From Mobula hypostoma (Eukaryota), in NCBI RefSeq assembly GCF_963921235.1, contig NC_086107.1:94862001-94926000 (forward strand): DNA of 64,000 bases, read 5' to 3'. The notes under the pieces are model-generated. The model was not told the origin of the DNA, made no database searches, and saw only the letters and a program-made list of their open reading frames with translations. Of this stretch, positions 24,455-35,529 are shown piece by piece. Both the position numbers and the translations under genes were made by a program. Position 1 is the first letter of the stretch. Each line of letters opens with the position of its first letter.

Positions 24455-24865
24455 GTGTCGCTCTGCACGCTGTGCTGACACCGGAACGAGTGGCCACACT
24501 TGCGGACTGCCCCCAGCGCATCCTCGGGTGCGTTGGTTGTTGGTGCAAACGACGCTTTTCACCGTACGTTCCGATGTGCAGCTGATAGATTTAGTCATTT
24601 ATTTACTTAGGGCAGCATCGCCCAGCAACCCACCAATTTAACCCTAGCCTAATCACGGGACAATTTACTACGACCAGTTAACCTTCCTAATGGTATGTCT
24701 TTGGACTGGGGGGGGGGGGGAAACCAGAGCACCCGGGGGAAACCCACGCGCACACAGGAAGGAACGTACAAACTTACTTACAGAAGACACCGGAATTGAA
24801 CTCTGAACTCTGACGCCCCGAGCAACAACAGCGTCGACGCCCTGCTATGCTACCGTGATGCCCAC
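24455..24865. mobile_element. SINE fragments (+ tail 24455-24600; V-SINE - 24600-24865)
   Basis: Reverse complement of the V-domain (aaaccagagcacccgggggaaacccacgcg). Confidence 0.65.
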
Positions 24866-25409
24866 CACCCCCTCCCAACCAAAATCTAAATAGAGTTATG
24901 GTTCACCATGGGAAGAAAATCCATTATTTTTACCCTACCCAGCCCGACACTCGACTCTTTACTTCCTCCTACTTCCAGGACAACCCTGGGGCAATGGCCT
25001 TGCCCAAGGCCCAACCGTTTCCAGCTGCTTCATCCACATCCTTCTCACCACAACTTGGTGTGAAGTGAAATGCTTATTGATGGCAGTGAGCTGTTGAGAC
25101 CCACTTGTACGTCCTTAGACACTGCAGCAGTCCCCTACCACAAGTAGCAAAGCGTTCTCCCCACCCTCATTGGAGCGAGTGAAATTCACACCTCACAAGG
25201 GCCAGGACAACCCTCATCAACAAGAGAGGTCCTCGCCACCTGCCCAACGGTCCTCCCTCAATGGCATTACCATCATTGAATCTCCAGCCCTCTCCTGAGG
25301 GTCACAACTGCCCCAGCCACATGGGGAGAAAACCAGATCGGAGGTTCATGTGACAAGTGATTCATGAGGGACTCTCCACCACCAGGCCAGAGGTTGGTAG
25401 AATGTTACA

Positions 25410-26390
25410 ATACCAAAGACACAAGAGCAGAATTAGGCGCATCGAGTCTGCTCGATCATGGCTGATTTACTTTCCCTCTCTCCTGCCTTCTTCCAGTAAC
25501 CTTTGACATCCCAAGAACCTCTCAGTCTCCGCTTTAAATATATCCAATGACTTGGACACCACAACCATCCACAGGATCACCAACCTCTAAAGAAATTCCT
25601 CCATCTCTCTTCTAAAGGACATCTTTCTATTCTGTGCCCTCTGGTTCGAGACACCCCTAACTATAGGAAACATCCTCTCCACGTTCACTCTAGACCTTCA
25701 ATATTCAATAAAGGTTTCAATGAGATCCCACTCTCATTCTGCTAAACTCCGCTGAGTACAAGCCCAGAGACATCAAATGTTTCTGGTGTGTTAACCCCTT
25801 CATTCCCAGGATTATTCATGTAAACATCCTTTGAACTTTCTTCAATGACAGCATATCCATTCAGCCCGACTATTCCATGATGTCAAACGTGACGCAGACA
25901 AGTCAGGAGTAGAATAGAGCTGAAGGGGAAAATTAATCAGTCAATGGCGGAGCAGACTCGATGGGCCAAATGGCCGGCTTCTGCTCCTGTGTCTTCACGT
26001 CTAACAACTTCAGCTGAGGTGACCAATGGTCAGATCATCCATTCTTGCTGTCATTATGTCAAAAGCACAGAAAACAGGTGCCTACCAAAGCTGGTCCTTT
26101 TGTCTGCATTTGGCCCACATCCCTCTAAACCTTTTTCCATCCTCGTACCTGTCCAAATGTCTTTGAAATATGACTGCACCCACCCCTGCTACTTCCTCTG
26201 AGACTCATTCCACATACCCACCACCCTCTGTGTGGGAAAAGTTTCCCCTCAGGTCCCACCTAAATCTCACCCACTCACTTTAGACCCATGCCCTCTAGTT
26301 TTGAATCTTCCTACCCTGGGGGCCGGGTAAAGATCGTGACCTTTCACCTTATCTATCCTCCCCATGACTTTATAAACATCTATAAAGTCA
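25410..26390 (-). mobile_element. Decayed CR1 3' fragments
   Basis: CR1 3'UTR and ORF2 tail motifs matching other copies. Confidence 0.75.
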
Positions 26391-26574
26391 TTGGATCTTG
26401 AAAGTTGTCATAGATGGTGGGGGGGGGGGCAGGGGCAGGGCGAGGAAGTGGGGATGAGCTCCCACTACCAATTTTTATTTTAATCGTGTCAGCCGTTCTT
26501 GTCTGGTGCATAGTGTCAGAATTGGTCTCTTTTCGGATTAACTGGGAAACGATATGAACATTCCTGACTCGACC

Positions 26575-26722
26575 CTTGTTTTTTAACGAGGCCGGGTGGC
26601 TAGCTCGATGCTCAACCCAGCACGGATGGAAAGCGTGCTCGGGGGCTGGCCTGACTTGGATTCGAACTTGGGAGCCTTCACTCCGGAGTCCGGCGCTGAT
26701 GCCATTGCGCCACCAGCCGGCC
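26575..26722 (-). mobile_element. Short tRNA-derived SINE with intact Pol III boxes
   Basis: Minus strand A-box TGGCGCAATGG (26702-26712) and B-box GTTCGAATCC (26658-26667), followed by an A-rich stretch. Confidence 0.8.
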
Positions 26723-27639
26723 AATTTAATGCTCTTAATAGTGTACATCTCAAATAGTCTCTGACAACCAAGTCCAGCTCCAGATCTTCATGCATGGCCC
26801 AGCTACTAAGCCCAGTGGAACCGTTTCTACTGACAGGAGAAGGAGCAAAGTCGGGTTACTGGCACCTTAAGACCAGTCGCTTTGGGCAGATGGGGCTTGT
26901 CAGCCGTGGTTGGCAGCTCCTCTTGGAGAAAGAAAACTGATCTCAAACCTCCACTGCCCTGCGGCTCTATCCACACACGGGGAAGGCTTTGGCAGTAAAC
27001 CCCAAGGAAAAATCCAGAACTGAAGTCCCTAAGGCAGTCCTACATCGAGTTCAACACTGACTGGCAACTCCTGCGATGGCGCTGATACCAAACTGTATCA
27101 GTCTCTGCCGTTCCTTTGGATTCATCAGCTGTGTGGAGTGGGGAAGCCTGCTACATAGGCAACAGTTTGCTCTACATATTGTGCTGCTTGGCTTGCGTTT
27201 TGAATACATCTAAAATGTATTATCCATGGTCGAAATGATTAAAGTCACTCCTCAGTCTCCTGTGCTCCAGGGAAAATAGACCCAGTCTGCGGTCTCTCCT
27301 CGTAACTCAAGCCCTCAAGTCCCAATTGCTGGATATCTTTCTGTACTCTCTCCAATTTAATGACAATCTTCTATCACAGGGTGACCAGAACACCCTCACC
27401 TCTGATCTTACATTCTGGTTTCAGATGTCTCCATCATGGGGAGAGGTTTCTCACTCCAAGCGTGCCTTGTCGATGTCATCCAATTCGGAGAGGTCTTCGG
27501 ACCACTAGAGAACCATCTGTGCTCATCTGATTTACCAGCACCTAGCCTATAGCTGTGCTGATTCACGTGCTCGGCTAGATTCCTCTGTGAGAAGTCTCTG
27601 CCTCTGCATTCCATGAGGAATTGTGTTCCACATTCCACC

Positions 27640-27895
27640 TTTGCGCAGTTAGTGCAACGCTTTAGTCGGGATTCCGTTCCCGCCTCTGTCCGTGTAGAAT
27701 ATGTACGTCCTCCCCGTGACCACGTGGGTTTCCTCCGGGTGCTCTGGTTTCCTCCCAGATGTACGGGTTAGGGTAAGTCAGTTGTGGGCATGCCACGTTG
27801 GCTCCAGAAGTGTGGCGACACTTGCAGGCTGCCCCCAGCTCATCTGCGGACTGTTGGGTCATGTACACAAACGTCACTAATAAAGCTAATCGTTG
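27640..27895 (+). mobile_element. V-SINE (HE1-like)
   Basis: cacgtgggtttcctccgggtgctctggtttcctccca core. Confidence 0.75.
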
Positions 27896-28099
27896 TCTTT
27901 ACCTCCTGAGTAAAAAGCACTGCCTCCTAGACCCCTCACCTTCAACATGTGTCTCCTGGTTTCTGAGGTTTATCACCGTCCACTATATCAACGCACCTCA
28001 TTGTTTCATACACATCCCTCAGACATTTCCTCCGCCTCCTCCACTCTGGGGAAAACAATCCCAGTCTCTCCAATCTCTCCTCGTAACTGAAATGCCCCA

Positions 28100-28595
28100 T
28101 TCCATAAGACCATAAGACATAGGAGCAGAATTAGGCCATTCAGCCCATCAAGTCTGCTCCGCCATTCCATCACGGCTGATCCCGGATCCCACTCAACCCC
28201 ATACACCTGCCTTCTCGCTATATCCTTTGATGTCCTGTCCGATCAGGAAACTATCAACTTGTGTCTTAAATTTATGCACGGACTTGGCCTCCACCACAAT
28301 CTGTGATGGAGCATTCCACAGATTTACTACTCTCTGGCTAAAAAGATTTCCTCCTTACCTCTGTTCTAAAAGGGTCGCCCCTCAATTTTGAGGCTGTGCC
28401 CTCTAGTTCTGGATACTCCCACCATAGGAAACATCCTCCCTACATCCACCCTATCCAGCCCTTTCAACGTTCGGTAGGTTTCAATGAGATCCCCCTGCAT
28501 TCTTCTAAATTCCAATGAGTACAGGCCCAAAGCTGTCAACCCCTTCATTCCCAGAATCATCCTCGTGAACCTCCTCTGGACTCTCTCCAATGAGA
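28100..28595 (-). mobile_element. CR1 LINE 3' fragment
   Basis: ERVQRRFTRMILGMKGL..LGLYSLEFRRMQGDLIETY; (ataagacc)n terminal microsatellite at ~28104. Confidence 0.9.
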
Positions 28596-28944
28596 GATCC
28601 TAAGGAAATCTCCTTAGCATCTTTTCCAGTGCCATCATACCATCCCTATCATTTCATCTCCACTTTCCCTCCATCACACCATCCCTATCATCTCATCTCC
28701 ATATTTCTTCCATCTCCTTTTGTATTTAAGTTGGCGAGGATTTGGAGGTGTTAGATGCAGGCAGTGAGACCGCACAGATTTGGGAAGTGCTATGGATGGG
28801 ACAGGTGGCTGAGGTAGTCTAGGACGATTCTCAAGACACTCAGTTGTTAAAGCTCTTAGACTGGCTCCTCATACAGGCTTACACACATTCAGCTGCTTAT
28901 CTGCTGACTAAAATTTGATTGGGATAGTGTTTCTGTTTGTCATT

Positions 28945-29470
28945 TAAGGCAAAGGAGCAGAATGAGGCCATTCAGCCCTTCATCTTCTCTGCCATTCTAT
29001 CGTGGCTGATTTATTATCCCTCTCAACCCTGTTCTCCTGCCTTCCCCCTGTAACCTCTGACACCCTCACTAATCAAGAACCTATCAACCTCCGCTTTAAA
29101 TATGCCCAATGAGTTGTCCTTCACAGCCACCTGTGGCAATGAATTCAATAGATTCGTCCACCCTCTGGCTAATTAAATTCCTCATCTCTGAGTCCTAGAC
29201 ACCCCCACTATAAGAAACATCATCTCCACGTCCACTCTATCTAGGCCTTTCGATATTCAATAGGACCCACCATAGTTCTTCAAAACAACCTGCGAGCACA
29301 GGCCCAGAGACATCAAACGCTCAAACGTTAACCTTTACTTTCCCGGGATCATTCTCGTAAACCTCCTCTGGACCCGACCCAGCATCAGTTCACATCCTTT
29401 CTTAGATAAGGGCCCAAAACTGTTCACAATACTCCAAGTGCAGTCTGACCAGTGCTTTATAAAGCCTTAT
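28945..29470 (-). mobile_element. CR1 LINE 3' fragment
   Basis: Same 3'UTR and ORF2 tail as neighbouring CR1 copies. Confidence 0.8.
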
Positions 29471-29804
29471 ACTGCAGGGCCTTTTGTAATGCAGAGCCAG
29501 TGATTATGATATAATCCCATAATTAACAGAAAGAGGTTAATCCTCACAATAAATCTACAGTCAAAAGAATGAGAGTGGGGCCAACACACAAATGGCTGCT
29601 CCAAGTTAGCCCTTCCCTTCACCCCAGAGTGTTCATCCTTTCAAATCCCTTCGGAAAGTTACTAATGAGTGATCTTCTATTACTTGTTCAGGCAGGGAGT
29701 ACCAGAAATGATAAGAACTCGCGTCTCATCCCGCCTCTTGGTCTCCCCTCATCAGATTCAGATGTATATCACACATACATGGAAACATACAGCGAGATGT
29801 GTAG

Positions 29805-30000
29805 CACCCACAAAATGCTGGAGGAACTCAGCAGGTCAGGCAGCATCCACGGAGAGGGATAAAGAGTCAATATGTCGGACTGAGATCCTTCAATCCTGAA
29901 ACGTCGACTGTTCATTCCTCTCCATAGATGCTGCCTGACCCACTGAGCTCTTCCAGCATTTCGCTCACGTTGTTCTGGATTTCCAGCTTCTACAGAATCT
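29805..30000. mobile_element. Decayed fold-back PLE terminal-repeat pair
   Basis: aaatgctggaggaactcagcaggtcaggcagcatc ... gatgctgcctgacccactgagctcttccagcattt around a gaaacgtcgactg remnant. Confidence 0.7.
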
Positions 30001-30119
30001 CGAAACAGGCAGCGAGCGGAAAGCGTCCTCTGCTTTAACAACCAACACAACCAAAGGATGTGCTGGGGACAGCCCGTATGTGTCATCACACGTTCCACCA
30101 CCAGCACAGCCTACCCACA

Positions 30120-30640
30120 ATGTCAGAATCAGGTTTAATCTCACTGGCACGTCATGAAATTTGCTGTTCTGCAGCAGTACAGTGCAATACAAACTAAATT
30201 ACAGTAAATATATATTGAAAAGTTAAATTAAGTTAGTGCAAAAAGTGAAAACGAAAGTAGTGAGATAGTGTTCATGGGTTCAACGTCCAGTCAGAAATCA
30301 GATGGCAGAGCGGAAGAAGCTGTTTCTGAATCGTTGAGTGTGTGCCTTCAGGTTCCTGTACCTCCTCCCTGATGAGAGGGCATGTTCTGAGTGGTGGGGG
30401 TCCCTAATGATGGATGCCGCCTTTTTGGGGTATCGCTCCTTGAAGATGTGCTGGATGCTGGGGAGGCTGGTGCCCATGATGGAGCTGACTGAGTTCACAA
30501 CTTTCTGCAGCTTATTTTGATCCTGCGCTCCACTAACCCCACCCTCCCCACAATACCAAACAGTGACGCAGCCAGTTAGCGTGCTCTCTATGGCACACCT
30601 GTAGAAATTCGTGAGTGTCTTCGGTGACATATCGAATCGA
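30120..30640 (-). mobile_element. Rex1/Babar-type LINE 3' fragment
   Basis: SPKTLTNFYRCAIESTLTGCVTVWY...RFRNSFF (DUF1891-like C-terminus). Confidence 0.85.
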
Positions 30641-31879
30641 ACGTTCGGCAGAACACAGAACACAAGCAACAAAACAAACCGTGTTCCTACCTACCTCCCA
30701 CCCACCCACACAGACAGTCCTCCAGTCTCCATTAGATACAGCACAGAGGTATGGAAGACAGGTCAATAGTTTTTATGGAGATAAAAAGGGAAGAACTATT
30801 TAAGGAATTCTGGTCATTATTAACGTGCGTTCAGCTCTGGAGGCAAACGTTGTGGTCAGTCTCAGGAGCTGAGGTCCTGCATCGGCTCATTGGGGCTGTC
30901 GTGCCTCATTCCACTCTCTGCTCTCACCCTCTCGTTCAGACCTCTGCCACTTGCACAGGCAGCTGCACCAATCTCTCTCTCACCACCAGGCACAGGCAAG
31001 TGAGGCCTCACCCATCCCTCCCGTCTTCCCAACCAACTGGCTGGACCTACAGTCCCACAATTCCCAACTTCTTTCATTTGCTCTATCAGTGGCATTCTTG
31101 TCTCCTGCTGCGGGAGGGGGAGGGGGATGTCCTGAGCTCTGAAATACCCTTCTTCTCCCACCTCCCCCATCAAGATGCCCCTCATGGCTTCCTCGTTGAC
31201 CCCCCCCCCACCAATAACATGGCATGCTGCCAACATTTATCCCACAGCATTCCTGTGTGCAGGGCCTCGGGATGTCAAGTGAAAGGTGCTATGTAAATGC
31301 AACAGCTGGATGTTCTCATCAGGCCGTGCAGCATCCGTGGAGAAGGGATTGGAGTTAACGGTTCGTCATTAACTCTGTTCTGTCTCCACTGACGACCCAG
31401 CCTGGTAATGCCCTACCAGCGACGGCAGACTGGGGTCTCCAAGTGCAGTCTCCCACTGGGAGAGCACACCACCCCGGGGTGCAGTCAACCCCCTGAAGCA
31501 CTGTGCAGCCACCTAACCTACCATGGGAAGCTGTGGGGAAAGCTGATAATAGATCCCCCCACTCCAAGCTGCCTTGAGGAACGGAGGGGTGAGGGGTGGT
31601 GCTGGGGCGAAAGTGACAATGCTCTCTCTCCTTCCCCTCAACGTCCAGGTGCACTACATGAGCACCAACATCAGACCACAGAACCATCAAGCCCTGAAGA
31701 ATAAAAGAACTGCAGAGGCTGGAAATCCAAGATAAAATCAGTTGCTGGAAAAACTCAGCAAGTCAGGCAGCCTCTGCAGAGATAGATAATGTTCCCAGTT
31801 GCAGAACAGGCCTCCACTCTGAAACATTTAACTCTGTCTCGCCCCACAGACACTGCCTGGCAGAATCCTTCCATCCTTT

Positions 31880-32570
31880 CCTATTAAGCGGGGATAAAAT
31901 TCTGAAATCCGAGGTGCAAAGGGACCCGGAAGTCCTTGCATAGGATCCCCTAAAGGTTAACTTGCAGGCTGAGCTGGTGGTGTGGCAGGCAAACGCAATG
32001 TTAGTATTCATTTCGAGAGGGCGAGATATAAAAGCAAGGATGCAATGCACTTGGAATATTCTTGAGTAGCACTGGGTCGCTTCTCTAAGGAAGAATGTGC
32101 CTGCATTGGAAAGGGTCCAGAGTAAGTTATGATATTGACCCTGGGAATGAAAGTGTTAATGTACGAGGAGTGTTTGATGGCTTTGGGCCTGTACTCACTG
32201 GAGTTTGGAAGAATTTGGGGGGGGGGGGCGTCTCATTGAAACTTATCGAATATTGAAAGGCCTAGAGGGGATGTTTCCAGTAGTGGGAGAGTCTAGGACC
32301 AGCGGGCACAGCCTGAGAATGCAACGGCCTCTTATTTAGAACAGAGGAGGAGGAGGAATTTCTTTAGCCAAAGGGTGGTGAGTTGCCACATACATCTGTC
32401 AACAGATATATTTAATGTGGAGGTTGATAAGTTCTTGATTAGTAAGGGTGTCAAAGGTTATGGGGAAAAGGCAGGAAAATGGGGGATCATAAATCAGCCA
32501 CGATGGAATGCCCGAGCCGACTCGATGGAGTGAGTGGACGAATTCTGCTCCCATGTCTTACGGTCTTATG
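31880..32570 (+). mobile_element. CR1 LINE 3' fragment
   Basis: Remnants of ANAMLVFISRG and ALERVQ, plus the CR1 3'UTR. Confidence 0.8.
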
Positions 32571-32769
32571 AACATCGTCTCTCCTTGTTCCTGTCCGACC
32601 CAGCATCAGCAGAGCGTCACATCTTTCCCCTCAAACATTTTCTTTAAGTAACAGTACAAAAACCTTTAACGGTGCGAACGAACCATGGCTGTCATGCCCA
32701 GCCCAGTAACAACTGTGCCCAAGCACTGTATTGGCAAGTTGTGGTCTATTTATGGGTAGAGAACAACAT

Positions 32770-33300
32770 CTCCAAGCAACAAAATTCTGCCAGCTACATC
32801 ATGGGCACTAGCCCTCCCAGCACTGCGGACATCTTCATAGGTGATACCTCACTGAGGGCCCTCAACACCCAGGACGTGCCCTCTTCTCGTTACCACCACC
32901 AGAGACGAGGCACAGGAGCCTGAAGATGGGCACACTGAAATGCTTTAGGATCAGCTTCCTTCCCTCAGCCATCAGGCTTCTGAACAGACCATGAACCCTT
33001 GAACAGAACCTCACTTTCTGCAAACACAAGAGATTCTGCAGATGCTGGAAATCCAGAACAACACACACCAAATGCTGGAGGAACTCAGCAGATTAAGCAG
33101 CATTTGTAGAAAGTCGAGAACCTTCATCATGATTACCCACTCTCTGCAATGCCAATTGTTTTTTCAAATACATATATATACACACACACATTTCTTGTGG
33201 TAACTTATAGTAATTTTTGATGTCTTGCACTGTACTGCTGCCGCAAAGAAACAACAAATTTCACGACATATATCAGTGATAATGAACCCGATTCCGTTTC
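32770..33300 (+). mobile_element. Rex1-type 3' fragment with an inserted PLE-type terminal fragment
   Basis: atcatgggcactagccctcccagc..; gatgctggaaatccag..tgctggaggaactcagcag at 33040-33130. Confidence 0.6.
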
Positions 33301-33797
33301 TCCCTACAACAGGCCAAAACACCGAAGTGGAGGGCGAGGGGAGAAAAATCGACAAAGAACCCCAAACTAGGAGACAGAACTAGTCTAACTACCACCTTTA
33401 CGAGAGTTATTGGGTTTAGGGTTATCTTTCGTCTGAGCACCAAACTAAAGCTGTAGTATTAAATTTTGCAACTTGCCAGGTTATTTATCGCGTATATTGG
33501 GCACCACCCCCCTCGTCAAACTTCACTGGTGAATCTGTAACATAATATTTGAACCCAAGTGGCAGGAGAGCGGGAGGAACGGGGAATGCACTTCCTAAGA
33601 CAGACAGATATTGCAAATGAGGCCTAGCTGGATATGTGATGCGGGAAGAGTCTACGTTTTTGAAACAAGAGGGGATTTTTTTTTAAATGGGAAGGGGGAA
33701 GAGCAGGAGGAAGGCGGGGAGAGTTTTAGGCGCTGCAAATCGTGTTGATTTGCACACAAAACGAATAAGGAAAGGTTAGGGAACCGAAGGGGAGGTG

Positions 33798-33833
<36 letters not shown>

Positions 33834-34930
33834 CAGGCACAGGGCCTGCAGGTTAATGTTACCAATAACATGTAATTCTCTCTATTCCCTCGCCCCCTCT
33901 CTCTCCCTTTCATCAGTTTCCAGCCGCTACATTGTATCCTGTATTTGTTGCCATCTCCTTCGCCCCACCGACACAGAAAAACCCTCTCCCCCCCTCCTCC
34001 TCCCACCTCTCTCGGATACATTAAAGGCCCTTTATTCGATTCCTTCTTTTTGTGTGTGTTATATCTAAGACGTACTCGCACAAAAAAACCCCTTTCCGAT
34101 CGCTTGTTAACTTTGCAATTCGTTAAATTGTAAGCGACATTCTGCAAACAAACGACTTTGCAATCGGCTCCCATTACAGCCCACCCCAAACTCCCAGATT
34201 CACCGGTTTCTTTTTATATTCTGGGAAAGGAGGGGGGGTGAGATTGAGGGAAAGCGGGGGGGTGGTTGAAGAAGGCTTTTTATTACCTGGCTTTTACTCC
34301 TGACGTTGTCCTGTCGTAGCTCCATCCTTGCCCTGTACCCAAAGGATCTCCAAAACTAGATGCGGGATAGTTTCTATCCATTAAATTCACTTTGCGAAGG
34401 AGGGGGTTTTCCTCTTTTTAAATTGTTAAGCCCAGGTTTTCTCTCTCTTATCTACAAACGTCCCTGGATTGCACTAAACCACTAGAACTGTTTAATTTAA
34501 CCTATAAACATTTGTATGCCTGCTCCTTCTTTCTTTCTCCCCCCCACCCACCTCCGCTCTTGGTTTAAAGAAAAATGCAGTGTGCATATAAATATTTTCT
34601 AAAAAAATCCTTGCAGGGGGACTACGATGCGGCCATATTTCAGCCGCTCTCTCTCTCTCTCTCTCTGCCTGCCTGTGATCTCAATACCCAGAATACATTT
34701 CAGAGAGGGCGAGGGAGGGAGCAGAGAGAGAGAGGAGAGAGGGAGACAGATCAGATGTCTGAGGCAGTCAACACCAGTGAGAGGGGAACGGGCTTGAAGT
34801 GCGCTTCTTGACCAAGGAGCTGCCGCAGGGACCCCACGGGGGGAGCAAAACTAATAGGTACCTTCGTTAAAGGGGAGGGGGAAGACAATGGGAGGTCCTG
34901 TTGCAAGGGGGAGGGAGGGAGGGAAATGTA
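33300..34930 (-). promoter_or_regulatory. Transposon-free promoter / 5'UTR / proximal intron-1 island of PRR12
   Basis: Unique sequence with locally more CpGs, (GA)n at ~33804-33831, (CT)n at ~34646-34666 and a YY1-like GCGGCCATATTT at 34629-34640; surrounds coding exon 1. TSS not determinable. Confidence 0.65.
34287..34381 (-). CDS. PRR12: Proline-rich protein 12 (PRR12), first coding exon (partial CDS, 95 nt, phase-2 donor)
   Basis: Translates [39 protein letters not shown], matching the human PRR12 N-terminus as recalled ([29 protein letters not shown]) better than paralog QSER1; in-frame upstream TAA; canonical donor. Confidence 0.92.
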
Positions 34931-35134
34931 TTCAGTTCAACAGGGCTTGGGTGAAAAGGAATCCTGAGTAACCCGGACAGTGATACATATCTCCCCCCAT
35001 CCCCACCACCACCACACACACACCTCACAAAACCCATAACAGCAATCCTGCGCAGTTGTTCTCAGGAAACGTTTTCCAAGGGTCAGAGTCCAGGGCTGGG
35101 CCGAGGGACGGGCAGCAGAATAAAATTTCGTATT

Positions 35135-35270
35135 TGTATCCAGTCCTGACGAAGGGTCTCGGCCCGAAACGTGGACTGTGCCTCTTCCTGTAGATGCTGC
35201 CTGGCCTGCTGCGTTCACCAGCAATTTTGTGTGTGTTGCCTGAACCTCCAGCATCTACAGACTTCCTTCG
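35135..35270 (+). mobile_element. PLE terminal-repeat fragment with hammerhead motif (cleavage triplet GTG)
   Basis: cagtc-CTGACGA-a-gggtctcggccc-GAAA-cg-tg-gactg with perfect stem I cagtc/gactg. Confidence 0.75.
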
Positions 35271-35529
35271 TGTTTGCGAGAATAAAATTTGGCCGCGTTG
35301 GGGCAGAGTGGGCCCTGGCAGGGTGCCCTGGTGTTGTCCCTCACTCAAGGCCGCCCACATTGCTGGTCTTGGATGGGGTAAAAGATTCACACCACACTGC
35401 TTACAGCCCCCAGGGGCATCTTCGTTGAAGTCCACCACCAACTCCTGAAGTGTGGTCACTGCTATTGTCAGGAAACGTGGAGGCAATGGGACCAGCCCCA
35501 CTGCGAGCTCGATGGGTTGAATGGCCTTA

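Noticed and set aside
26640..26722. tRNA gene
   Set aside because: A and B boxes are present, but it continues into a SINE body shared with the copy at 21200-21290, and I could not build a convincing cloverleaf.
30751..31704. Cluster of 98-181 aa ORFs in apparently unique sequence
   Set aside because: No recognisable domain or coding bias; overlapping ORFs on both strands are expected by chance.
34287..34325. Alternative start [13 protein letters not shown] in exon 1
   Set aside because: Different frame from the upstream ATG that gives the PRR12-matching peptide; no recognisable homology.
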